DNA of 64,000 nucleotides, taken from positions 5,706,001 through 5,770,000 of the forward strand of contig CM119373.1 in NCBI GenBank assembly GCA_051294905.1. Reading direction: 5' to 3'. The notes beneath the pieces were generated by a model. That model was not told the origin of the DNA. It saw only the letters and a program-made list of their open reading frames with translations, and made no database searches. Numbering within the stretch: position 1 is the first letter of the stretch; every line of letters begins with the position of its first letter. Source of the stretch: Botryllus schlosseri. Its lineage: Eukaryota. Of the stretch, positions 1 through 12,500 are shown one piece after another. Position numbers and translations under genes: made by a program.

Positions 1-666
1 ATTTCGAAGCAAATTATTTTTTGTGTGATTAGTGTCATAATATCTTTAAATGTGTGATGGAAGGTAACATGAATTGTCAAGGCTGAAATTGTATTCATAC
101 GTCTCTACATATAATATTGTTAAATAAGGTAATTTTTTAAACGACATGCATAGTAAATCCGATGAATATAACACACCTTCATTCAACAAATTCGTGGATT
201 TCGTTTGGTCACTAGATCACAACTCTACAAGTGACAGATAACCGATTTCGTTTACAATGTCATCGCTCAAATGACATTAGCATTCGCGTTCAGGACACTT
301 TCAAATATTTGAGCGCTTCAATATGCCATGGCCATGAACGTTACTGAAAAGTTAGATTAGGCTGAATATATACTATATTTCAACTGCACTAATAACACTG
401 GGCAACAATTTTTAACGAAGAATTTGTTGACTTTGATTTTGCACTTGGTTTAAACTACTTTTGGTATGCTGATTTCAAAAATGCGGCTGGTTTTCTTTCA
501 TCACGTCAAGTTTTTGATCTACGACATATGCCCAGAACATGCAAATATTCACGAATATTACTTTTTCATAGCATATAGAAATCCACACTTTTATCATATA
601 ATAAATTATATAGCCAATGGATCAATTAAATTATTTAGAAAAAGAGATACTGGTATCGATCTAGGC

Positions 667-1077
667 CAGTGGTTCCCAACCCTTTTCGACTCATCGCCCC
701 CTTTTCATGCTCAACGCCGATCATCGCCCCCCCCCCAAATTTTGTGAACCAAAAATATACAAACGGTGTACAAACTGTAATCACCGGCGGGTTGACTATA
801 AAAAAATAAAAGGTCAAACTTTCCGTTCGATGTCGGATTTTACACTTTTGCAACTGAATTTTGGTGGGTTGACTAAAAAAAAGGTCATTTCTCCAACTTG
901 ACTCCAATATAGCCGTTTTAACGCGTCATCGCCCCCCTGTCGCCCCCTTTGCTATGTTCACCCCCGATCGCCCCCTTTGTCCATTTTCGCCCCCCTATCG
1001 CCCCCTTTGTCATTTTCGCCCCATAGACCGCCAAATCGCCCCCTGGGCGGCGATGTCGCCCACGTTGGGAACCACTG
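667..1077. mobile_element. hAT (Buster/Charlie-like) MITE
   Basis: TIR CAGTGGTTCCCAAC / GTTGGGAACCACTG; TSD ATCTAGGC/ATCTGGGC; internal TCGCCCC-based tandem repeats. Confidence 0.9.
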
Positions 1078-1773
1078 ATCTGGGCCGATGCTTTCACCCA
1101 TTTTTGGTTAGAGGATGCAGTCATCCGAGGATATTTCAAACACATACGTGATGCAAACTGTAGTTCATGGCAAGAAAAATAAATAATACATTCACTATCA
1201 GTTATAGGTCCAATGCTCCATTGAGCTTATCTAGTATGACTTGAAACTCATACAAGCTCGATAATTTGGATCAAGATTAAGATCTTAGGGGTGGCAGGCC
1301 TAATGATGATTCAGAACGTAGAGTAGTCCATAACGAAAGTTGGATGATCTGACATAGGCTTTGAGACTTGGAAGAGAAATATGCGAAACTTTTAGCATCC
1401 TTGCGAATTGAGAAAAGATTACTTGGCGACAAAGCGAAGATATCTCACTTTCGATCATGAGAAACGGCGTTTTCATCGTAGGGCCACTTTCATTAGATTT
1501 GTGTATTGCCGTGATACTGGTATCGGCGTGATGTTGTTATCATGAATTGCTTGGAATCCCGATTTACAACTAGCGTGAATGGCAAATGTCTATTCGTAGC
1601 TCAAAAAGGTTCCTAAATTGTGACATTCTCCTAAATGGCAACGTCTTAGGTGCAGTGACTATTGTACAGAAACATTGAATCGTTGCAATAACACAAGCAC
1701 GATTGGGATTGGATCATATGTGTCAGCTTTAAAATATTGAGTTTATTAGTGGTCAGAAAATAAGAATGCACAT

Positions 1774-2391
1774 TAGGGCTGTTCAAAAATAACCTTTTTT
1801 CCTGAATCTTGCGAGTTACTTGATTAAATCGTTAGGTTGCCTTGAAAAATGACGCACACCAAATTTGAATTCATTCCAACCAATATTCGCGGATTTCGTA
1901 GAGTTTGAAAATTTTGAATTTGCCTAAAAATGCCCAAAAAAAAATTTTTCAAATTTTTCTGCCAACCCTATGAAATTGTTGCGCTGTCTTCAAAAACGAT
2001 GCAAAACAAATTTGACTCAATTCGAAGCCATAGAAGTGGAGTTATTTCAGTTTTTCTTTGATAATTCTGGGATTATCCTTGATTGGTGGATCATCCCAGA
2101 ATCATCATCAAAAAACTTGAATAACTCGGCTTCTGCAGCTTGGAATTGAGTCAAATTTGTTTTGCACCGTTTTTGAAGACAGTGCAACAATTTCATAAGG
2201 TTGGAAGGAGAATTGAAAAAAAAAATTTTTTGCATTTTTAGGCAAATTCAAAATTTTGAAACTCTACGAAATCCGCGAATATTGGTTGGAATGAATTCAA
2301 ATTTGGTGTGCGTCATTTTTTAAGGCAACCTAATGATTTAATCAAGTAACTCGCAAGATTCAGGAAAAAAGGTTATTTTTGAACAGCCCTA
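1774..2391. mobile_element. Palindromic (foldback) hATm-type MITE
   Basis: The whole element is an inverted repeat with ~300-bp arms; TAGGGCTGTTCA termini; perfect 8-bp TSD ATGCACAT. Confidence 0.92.
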
Positions 2392-2439
2392 ATGCACATG
2401 TAACGCTGATACACATGTGCCATTGCCATAACTTTATGT

Positions 2440-2969
2440 CGGACAGCAGACATTCAAAAAAGCTTAAATATCTAAATAATTTCCCGGAAAACCTTGGCAT
2501 AGTCAGCTATAAGCAAGGAGAAAGCTCCCCAAATATATGAAGATGATGGGGAGAGATACCATAGTAGATTGGAGCTTACAGCTTACGAGCTGACTATTGC
2601 TCGAGTATCAAACGAGACATTCCACAGAATCATGAGTTATCAACGTAAAGTTGGACCCTGAAATTTGCACTTTATTTGTCCCGCAGAAGCAATATCAGTT
2701 TGACTAAACCAAATAAAGCAGTGCAAATGTTTATTTGGAGTCTATTGATTTTTTTTTTCAATTTCTTGTGGTTTTTGAAACGTTTTATACGATAAACACA
2801 AAATATTAAAAGTAGTACTTTTATGTGGGCTATGAGACAATGGGATGGGTGCCTACCCAAAAAACCTGACGTGACAGAGGAAAACGGAAGTCATTTTTGA
2901 ATTCAGAGCTCAAAAGTTAGTCGAAATCAATTGTCTGGTCAAATTCAACAAAAATTGTGTTTATCAGTG
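2440..2969 (+). mobile_element. Degenerate 3' end of a Chapaev3-like DNA transposon
   Basis: Relic peptide FPENLGIVS.KQGE...ERY...ADYC..IKRDIP resembles, from recall, the Chapaev3 transposase C-terminus (FPENLGAVSDEQGERFHQ...ADYCW); ends in CAGTG followed by TAA. Confidence 0.55.
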
Positions 2970-5706
2970 TAATATATGGTTTTCGATCGGAATATGAAAC
3001 TATTCTAACCAGGTAAAACAGTTGTTGAATCAACAGTACTAATATCGGGGATATATACGAAAACATATTGTGAGATGTAGGTTTAGGAATTTGATAAAAA
3101 GAAACGGATTTAAGTGAACATCATGGAAGAAATCAGTGCAGATAGTTTGGTAGAGTCTTTTCGCAGGTCACACCAAAATACTTCGAGTTTTCCATACGAC
3201 CTTTGGTTCAAGGGTTTGAGACAACTAAGCTAGATTATGCCGAAGCATCCACATTATGATTGAAATTGTAGATTGTTATCGATATCACATAGATACTTCC
3301 AACCCCTATCAAATACATAATTGCATAGATTTGGTCTATCCCAAGCTATGAATGAGAAATATCTAAATAATGTGTAAATGTTGAAGGTACGAATAAATTA
3401 TTCTTTATACGACATATACAAACTCCTGATCACACGAGTTTATACACAGCTCATGTCGCTACTATTGCGTTGAAGCTTTCAATTCAATGAAAGTCTGCAT
3501 CTGCGTAGCCCGTGCACAGTAGGTTACTTCTGATCCCATCCCCACTCGCTATCATTGTCAGATAGATTGACTCACCATCGATGTTCTGTTGAGGTAAACA
3601 TTACAAACATTCAGCTTTTACACGTCAGAAATTTGCGTACCTGGTAGTGAGAGTTTTCATAAATATTGTTATTCTATTGCGAAGAAATACAAGGACCCAA
3701 CTATGTAACATATATATATATATATAAATGTTGCATTACTCCTCGTTCAACTTACTATGGTATATACTTTGCATACTGCCCATGCGCCAGTCTGACCTGC
3801 AAAATATGCCTAAATCAGTACTGTGACGAGTGAAGCAGGGGACTGAGCTTTCAAAACTGAGTTAAGCGGGTATACAATTAGCCAAAATAGTGTGTAAGTG
3901 CTCATTCACAACGTAAAGCTGTAGTACAAGAAAAGGAATTTACCCCAGATTTATACTGCGGTATAAACCATAAACACAACATTGGAATTGCAACGATGCT
4001 TTTCAAATTATAGTCTAAGTAAAAATTGAGTACGACGGAAGGTAGGCACAGATGGCCTCTGGAATAAATGCCAGTAGATAGGTAGGATTTATCACAATGC
4101 TTTGAACCAGACTCCAGACTTCCCATCTAAGTGTTGGAGGTTTATCCAGTCTATGTAGCTATGGAATCAAAAAAATAAGAAATATCGGCCTGGTGTAAAT
4201 AACCATTGTAGTTGACTAATACCATGTATACCACAAACAAAGAATGCTTTGAACCATGCATGTATCGCAACCGTCTCTTCCACGAAGTAACCAATAGAAT
4301 TAAACTATCGTGATTGAATATATAAGGAGAAAGAAAAGCGCTAATTGACAATGAAGATTGACTCAAATTTACCCTAGATTGAAACGTGCAAATACGAGAA
4401 TGCTGTTCAGTTGCTTAACAAGCCAGGTGAAATATACGATTGACTCCAGAATTCTAAAATAGGGTCAGCTTGGGTGTACCGACTTGTGTGTTCGCTAATT
4501 ATATACACGCGTTACGATGAACTGCAGCTACTTTTGTAAAGCGTCTAAACCCTCACCCAATGGACAGAAAAATAATAATTTCCCAGTATGTCTTTCCGCA
4601 TCTGCATCGGGTGGTATCCTCACTTGCTAAAGTTTAGCTTCGCATCAAAGGTGTATATCTTCATTTCATAAATGCGTACATCTAATCGGCATTCAGTCTA
4701 TCGCCAAACTTGAGTGCGATTAGCGGCGTTATAATTATAGGCCTACTGAACGTTTCCGATTATTGTGGATCATCACGGTACAATTCACAACGTCTAATTC
4801 GTTTCGATGTGCTTTCAAGCTGGATAACTCACCGGCTTGATATTTACATACATTTGAATCATATATCTATATTTATATAGCATTTTCATATTGAAATATA
4901 GCCGTATATTTTCGGCTGACACTCGTCAGGGGGGATCGTCGAGAAACACTGGAAATATTCGGGTTCATTTCAATATTATTCAATTGCATATTGAAGTTCT
5001 GTACCTCCAAGAAGCTCTTCATATTTATATTTATCAACAGAGGTTTTCGTAGGGACACTCCTCAATGTCACCGTCAGTTATACTACGAACATGCGAAAAG
5101 TTTGATTTAATAAGAATCGGTATTGCTAATCGGCGACGCTAATCAGAGCAGAATTTACACAATTACAATAGAGAGATGCGAGAGGAAGTATGCTATGTTT
5201 GTATTACGAGTTGAATGGGTCTTATGCTTGATATTAGCCCTTATAGAGAATGTATGACTCGAATGCACGTGTCATTACCGCAGGCCTATTATATTGCTAT
5301 GTGATTGTTGTCAATGACTGCAACCGACTCTTCGAATTACACCAATATGTAATACCAAACAATAGTGCAGATATAATAGCCTAGAAATTACTGCATTGGT
5401 GAGAATAGTCATAAGTTCTGAAGCAGATATTGTGGGCGTTGTGAGGCAATTCTAATAACTCTACATCACTAATTTATTAATGTTCCGTGGCCACGAATTG
5501 AGGACCGTTCAGCCTCCAATAAAGCACATGGTTATGAAATCGTACCCATTAGCGTCACGGAAATGTGGAGGAACTGATGCGCTGTCGTGCACAATACACG
5601 TGAAAAAATTTTCCACAGTGCAATTGGTATGAATCTAAAACATTATCACTATAGTGGTTCGTAGAAAATTAGCTATGCATAACTCGAAATATCTATATAT
5701 ACTCAC

Positions 5707-5761
5707 CACCAATATAGAGAAACAACGCGACGATTTCATAAATTGTCGCCTTCTGGCTCAT
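5707..5761 (-). CDS. Signal-peptide-like first exon (MSQKATIYEIVALFLYIG) of a possible third gene
   Basis: ATG, hydrophobic stretch and GTGAGT phase-1 donor; resembles 59083-59143. Downstream exons were not confidently found. Confidence 0.35.
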
Positions 5762-6063
5762 CGTTGAAGATTTCTCGCACTATAAAACTATATAACGTAT
5801 ACAATGGAAGCAACTTCTTTACCGATGCATTAATCGGTGCAATGTAGCATGAGGCAGCTGTAACGCTTCCCGTCGTGATTAAGCCTTCAATGGAATGCCA
5901 CATAGTATGATCTCTGCTATGACGCTCGTGTCGTCCGCACGGGATTCGGTATTTAGTATAGTCGTTTGATCAAGTTATTCGTCATCAATGATATAATACA
6001 ACGTCTAGTCATCATGAATGCTTAGGCTTATCAATAAAGATTCTAGCCGTATCTAAAAACTAC

Positions 6064-6147
6064 TGATCCGGCTCCAATCCGGCTCCGGCAAGAATTAACA
6101 AAATCCGGCGGGATATCCAATCCGGCTCCAGTCAAAGCCCCGCCCTA
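6064..6147. mobile_element. Solo right end of a MITE with ATCCGG subterminal repeats
   Basis: Repeated ATCCGGCTCC ending in CCCGCCCTA; no partner end found. Confidence 0.45.
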
Positions 6148-8383
6148 AAATGTATACGATAAGTCACAAATAGCTACTGTACAACGTAATAAATCTATAT
6201 TTAAAAATTGACAATGTTAGCTCGCAGTTCACTCCGCCAAACACAAGAGGCCAATTCCATCAGCGCGGGTCCATAATTACGGAAGAGAAGCAGGTGAATG
6301 TAACTTATCCCCTGGTCATGACAGCAGACAAATCTTCACCTAAAGGTATTGGAGATAATTTGGGAAGGGTTACAATAATGTCGCTGTAATTTCCTGAATT
6401 TGCCGCGAACGCTGCGTAGTGATCTTTCCATGAGTGAGAAAATGTGTTTTGGTAGAGGTAACACCTTACAACTAGTTATTGCATCCCCTCATTCTAAAAG
6501 TTGTCAACTATTGTCACCCTACCGACTTTAATCCAACGCCTTTAAGTCGTACTTCAGCATTTATCCGTTCATATCACTGGTCATTCCAGATCCAAACTAT
6601 AGCTTCCTACATTAAATGCAAGCCTTCGATCACAAGCGTTCTGCTTAGGCTAATGTTCGAGAGAAGTCATGTACCATTTGGTGAAACATATTGTTGAGCC
6701 CCCAAAACTTACTCACCAAACCCATAGGGCTCGAACGAATATGATTATGATAACGAAACACTGAGATATAAAGGGCAGTATTTAGCTAGTTAAGTCGGGT
6801 TTTAATCTTTGCTTGTTATTAGAATATCGTGGCGGCATTCTTCAATATAATATATCCCACGAATGACCCATGATCCTCACTTCCCGAACATGTCAAAAGG
6901 CATGTCATGTTCGACGGTCTGACTCGCACGACACCAGTTGCATAATTTACGACACTTCCCTCACATAATTTCGAATCACCGATATCGGATTAGTGTGGCA
7001 TAATTTTAATTCATGTCAAATCGATATGATAAAAGGATGAAATGTCCCCAATGTACCTAGATTGGGGACCAAATGAAAATAATATATCTCTCGTTGTTGA
7101 CGCTTTCGATGACAACACCCAACCGCCGTAGCATTTATTTCTACAAGAGCGATAACATGCGTCCTGATGGGCAGACCGGAATAAAATTGCTATGTCCTTT
7201 ATAATAAGTAGCCTATATATAAAATTACTCAAAACATAATCTCTCGGTACTCGCCTCGGATCATTACCTTTCTCACTCAATCCAGATTCGTGAACTCGCG
7301 AGTTGCGAGTCGCAACATTGAGTTATGCCCTAGTCGTGGTGGGCACTGGAACTCATAATCATAACATCACAGTATAGTAATAGAAGAACACGAACTAGGG
7401 GATACGGAGTGAATGGTGACGCGCTCGGGTAGTGGGTACACACAAGGTAGAGCGTTTACTTGTTCGCGCCAGTATTTGATTAGTGGACTTTAACGTTACT
7501 ATTCAGTTCATCAAGCTTAATGCGCCATTTTGAAGGGCTAGAATGTCGAATATATTGATTACATGACTCTGTTCTTTACTCAAATAAAATAGATATAGCG
7601 ACCATAGCTTCTATCACGCCCGTGCACTGCCACTTTTGTACGGCGGAGATGGTGCGAAATTGTCCGAATATGATATCGAGTAAGGTGTTTGCATGCACAA
7701 AATGAAGATTACTCGCCAATTCATAATAATCGTCAGTTAGCCCGTTAGATGGCACTATTGTGATATGTCAATGGGTAGATGTAGGCAGTCACTTGTTCCC
7801 GCGAAGTATAGACCTGATTTTTCCAGGAAAACCGTAAAATCGTATTTATAGATTTGATTTGATATGGACGAGTGCCTTAAATCCATATCCACACAGATAG
7901 GTAGTGGTGAAACACGTAACGCTTTCAACGATGCGACGACCAACAACAAATATTGCACCAAAATTGAAAAACTGATTTTTTAATGAACATTATGTCGTCC
8001 ATGCAGCCTGGTCATTTTTATCTAGCAGCTCATCCTGAATTTATTATGAATTTATTATGGAATAGTGGTTATGTGTATCACAGGAGAAAATGGATTTCTG
8101 CAATCATTTCGAAGTCATCGTGGATGACCTTACTACTCCTATTTTTCACGTTTCCACACTGCCCAACAAAACATCTATAAGTAGCAGTATGTTTGTAGCA
8201 GTATGCTAATGGCAATTTAACAATTAAAATGAGTTCGCACAGTAGTATATTTCATCTCAGACGGCCAGTTCGTTGATGTGAGTCCAGGAGTTTTAGGCTA
8301 CCAGTAATGAAGCGAAACTGCCTAGCGATTTTCCTAATTTAAATAAATACAATTTAGGTTATCAACCATTTTGTAAATTTAAA

Positions 8384-8446
8384 GGTCTCGCGGACCCCCT
8401 GAAAATGCTTTTCGGACCCCCAGGGACCTCCGGTTGAGAACCACTG
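8384..8446. mobile_element. Solo right end of a hAT MITE
   Basis: GGACCCC repeats ending in GGTTGAGAACCACTG. Confidence 0.55.
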
Positions 8447-9382
8447 CTAAAGTTGCACAAACGAATTATATCATATGAGGAATTGCAATAGTGATGGCCA
8501 TAGTTTTGAGAAATAGATATCGATCAAATAATCATACGATGAGGAGAATAAAATTCTTGTTGTTGAATGGATTTCGGCGTAAATATTCAAGTGCGAAGGC
8601 ACGATATGCATATACTATCAATCCCCCTCTTTTCCCGAACCTCCTACTTGAGGATCGTTCAAGTCGTTGAACTACATGCTAACTAGAACTCATGTTGCGG
8701 GTGGCATATCATTCCCCATTTACACGTCGCTGGCTGCACAATTATCCCTGGCATCTGACTTTTGCCCACCACCGAGCCGAAAGATTTCGAGGCTCCGCTC
8801 TTTCCTTCAGACGTTTGAGGTGTAAATAAGGTCAATTTCCATACATTTATTTGGGCAGTGTATCATGTACAAGATATCATGTACCAGATTATCGTTCGCA
8901 GTAGGTCACGATGTTCCTTTTATAGCTACCACATCCGTCAGTAACAGTCTAACGAAATAGAATAATATGGAGACTTGCATTATAAGCATCTCGTGGAAAG
9001 TTTATAATATCCTACGATAATTGAAAAATTTGTAAAAATATAAAAAATGGAATTGGAACATTCAAAAGCTACGCATCTTTCCTTTACCGCATACGAAGAA
9101 GGAATGGTTGCCATACTAGTACAAATATTTGTAGGCAACAGAAAAGTGAAACGTACAATTCTCGAATATTCATGCATGATATTATTTCCGAAGTTTAGAC
9201 ATTCGAGATGCGATTTTTCCATACGTTTTAACACAAAGTAAGAAAAATTTAACGACATCCTAAATATTACTTCGTTTACTCAGGGAACTAGTAATTGACT
9301 AATGAACTTTGATGATATACTCATCTGGAAAATTTAATTATTAAAATACATGCGTACACTTTATGGTGATGCAATCGCTATT

Positions 9383-9501
9383 TTACTGCGCAGTAACAGA
9401 ACAACAATACACATGTCCCAGCCAGCTTTTTACACTTCCGTCTGACCGCTCACCCCAACATGGAAGGCCGTACTTAGGTCCGTAAACGATGCATGTTTTC
9501 C
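9383..9501 (-). CDS. Gene B terminal exon (KTCIVYGPKYGLPCWGERSDGSVKSWLGHVYCCSVTAQ*)
   Basis: 119 nt, TTTGTGCAG acceptor, phase 1, ends in TAA; completes the Cys-rich domain with a terminal V-Y-C-C. Confidence 0.75.
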
Positions 9502-12500
9502 CTGCACAAATAATAAAATGGTTAGCATATACTCATTTAAAATCAAATAATCATTCCAACAATATCTGGAATATTTTCCTTCGGTCTTGCGGCGCTGAGA
9601 CTTCTTAGAACTTAGGTGGAATGACAGTTGCACGATAACGAGCGATATTCTTTTTGACAGAGTATTTTCTCGTTAGATCAACATGCACTAAAATGTATAC
9701 TCTAGGTGAGGGGTTCCCAACCTTTGGGTCATGGCATCTAGGTGGCGATGAGCCTTGTTCAGGGGGCCATGCGAATTTGGTTTATTATTAAGGTTTGCAA
9801 CCTTGCTCTAAGTGTTATGTAATGACGTTTTTCTATCATTTAACTTGCTGATCCATACAAGTGATGATACATTCGAGGACAATTAAATGTAGTTGATACA
9901 TTTCATTTGTTTGATGTTATTTTGTTCTCTTCATTCTCTTCATTTTGTAATAATTGATAAATTATTGGCATCAATCAGGTTCTGCTGATGCCCCCGAATT
10001 TAACTCCGACACTTAGTATTCAAGTATGTCTATTCACCGTAGACTATCTATGTTCTCACTAGCCCTCTCTCTCTCTCTCTCTCTTCTCTCACTCTCTCGC
10101 TCTGCCTCCCTTTTTTCTACGAAATAAACGCAGCAGCCCATACGATAATTGCTTGACTTGACAGTTAATTACATCGTTATATCTGAATGTCAACTTGACG
10201 TTGTCCAGCGTTTCCCTAATACTGAGTGAAGCTCCAATGATGGGTTTTAAGTGGTCTGTGTACTGTTTATATTAGAAAATTTGGTATTTATTACTATCGC
10301 ATTTGTATGATATTATTTCAAATCATACGTGACATTCCATTGTTTCATGACTACTATATTATAACTAGGGCCATTTTTATATGACCTTAAAAAATCAATT
10401 ATATGACTTTATTTTTGGGAAAATATGACTTTATATGACTTTATGCAAAAATCGTGTATTTTTACATGTAACCAACGTCACTCATGGAACTGACGAGTAA
10501 AACATGAACAACATAACAGTAATACGCATCCATTTTTATTTTAAACCACTTTTGTAGTAGTTTCATGTAGTGTGGAATGTTGGAGTCTTTAAAGTTACGA
10601 TTTGGACGTAAAAATGACTTTAGTAAGGAAAATGAGCGCTCCACAGACGCTGATGTTGGTTGACACTTTTGCAGTTTTGCATACAGCGCTGGTGAAATGT
10701 CTTGTCTTTGTAGCTCCATAATTTGTTTCACATCGTTTTTGTCCAATCGCTTCTTAATGTAATTTTTGAGCTCAAGCGGGTCTTTTCCGAATTCGAGGGC
10801 ATTTAGATCAGCATGAGCCTCCTTGATAGTGTACGTTACATTTTCAGTATCAAGTTTGAAATATTGTTTTAGTGGAGGCATATTTCTGTTAACTCGTCAA
10901 CTTTGGATCGTTCACTGAATCTTTGACGCTCTTTACAATAACTCCTTCAGCTTCCCATGCGTTGACTATTTCTTTCACTTGTGGAAGTCTCTGAACTTCA
11001 AATGACGTCCCACTTCAGTGCACAGAAGTAAAACAGATTGTGTAGCAACACAATGCAATGTGTGACCTCATAATGCAATCTGTGACCTCGTAGGTCTGCG
11101 ACTGTAATGTTATGTAGGCTAACCTTACAGTTTGTCTTCGTTCAATCAGAAATTGCCTTACTTTATTAGTGCGTAATTGCTTCAATTGGCACTTTTTATT
11201 TAAAGTATACAACAATATGACTTTATAACTCAAATATGACCTAACCAGGAGAATATGACTTTATATGACTTTATAACTTTTTTAATATACCCCATATGGA
11301 TGCCGTTTTTGCGTTAAAATTGTTTTCACGACTTACTGATGCATAGAAAAAAATATGACTTTAATGACTTTAAATGGCCCTAATTATAACACTGACAAAA
11401 AAACGCTGTTACGATATAATTTTTATGTATTGTGATCGGAGTGGCGCAGCGTTTAATGACGGTTTATCATACCACCATTCAGTCCATTCTAGGTTTTGCA
11501 TAACTTTAAGTGAGAAACTAGCAATTTTTACGTGCAAATACTTGGTCGAGATCAAATATACAAATGTAATATTTGGAGCGCGGCGAATTGTGTTTACGGG
11601 CCCCAGGCAACTTACTGCAGATGCATAGGCTAATATAGATTTGCATAAAACGGCCTTTGAAGAAATAGCCAGTTGGAAAGGGTGACTTCATATCAAATTG
11701 CACTGAATGATAAACATAAGTTTCACGATGATTCATACTGTTACCTGATGCGTTTCCTATCTGTATCCACTCGTTGTTGTGATCTTGAATAGCTATCCAA
11801 TGGTCACCTTCTAGCACTCCATATACAGGCGTGCCTAAGTTACATACTTCTATGGCTGAACAAAGTCTTTTGCCTTGATTACCGCATTGAGACTTGGAAC
11901 TGCCATACGTAGCAGTCCCGCCAATGTTTACATGAAGTATCGCTGCAAATGATAAGGAATTTCGACATTGAAATTTCTTCAAGCATACAAATAAGGTGTC
12001 TTGTTCGCTGAAATCATATGCTGAGCATCGTGAGTTATTGCCCAGTAGCCCGAAGAGATAAGCTATTGCAGTTGAAATGTAACTAATGCCTAAATCTGTC
12101 TCAGACTGGATCGAAATGTTTTGAACTAACGCATACATATACTGGCGCTGTGCGAAGTCCAACCAAAACACTATAAAATCGATGATGTTTAATTGTACCC
12201 ACAAAACAAGTCCGACGCTCATATGAACGAGAAGTATACAACGTGGTACTATACATGCATTACTCACATGCTGCAGGCTTAGCGTCTGAATCAACTCCGC
12301 AGCCTTGTTCAATTGATGACTGATTGCGTGGAGAGTGTGAAACCGTTGAGAATGTTTTCATCGTAGAATCTAAAATAATGCCAGCATTAAGCCTCCTATC
12401 TCGAAGGTATTTGCTTTCCAGTTTCCCGCCCCTATATGTTACGCGGTGTTGTCATGATCCATGGATTCGCAGAAGCCAGCAATATTTAATATTTTTATAA

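Noticed and set aside
918..1151. Gly/Pro-rich repeat ORFs
   Set aside because: They arise from the internal tandem repeats of MITE 667-1077.
4905..5000. Similarity to 58925-59005 as evidence of gene paralogy
   Set aside because: Part of the match is inverted, consistent with a small palindromic interspersed repeat rather than a gene duplication.
6717..6760. 44-nt exon candidate with a strong GTGAGT donor
   Set aside because: No compatible neighbouring exons or recognisable peptide; it may be a UTR exon but this is unsupported.
11518..12312. 264-aa ORF as a single CDS
   Set aside because: Only 11745-11942 is protein-like in this frame and bounded by splice sites; the rest is mostly intron read-through.
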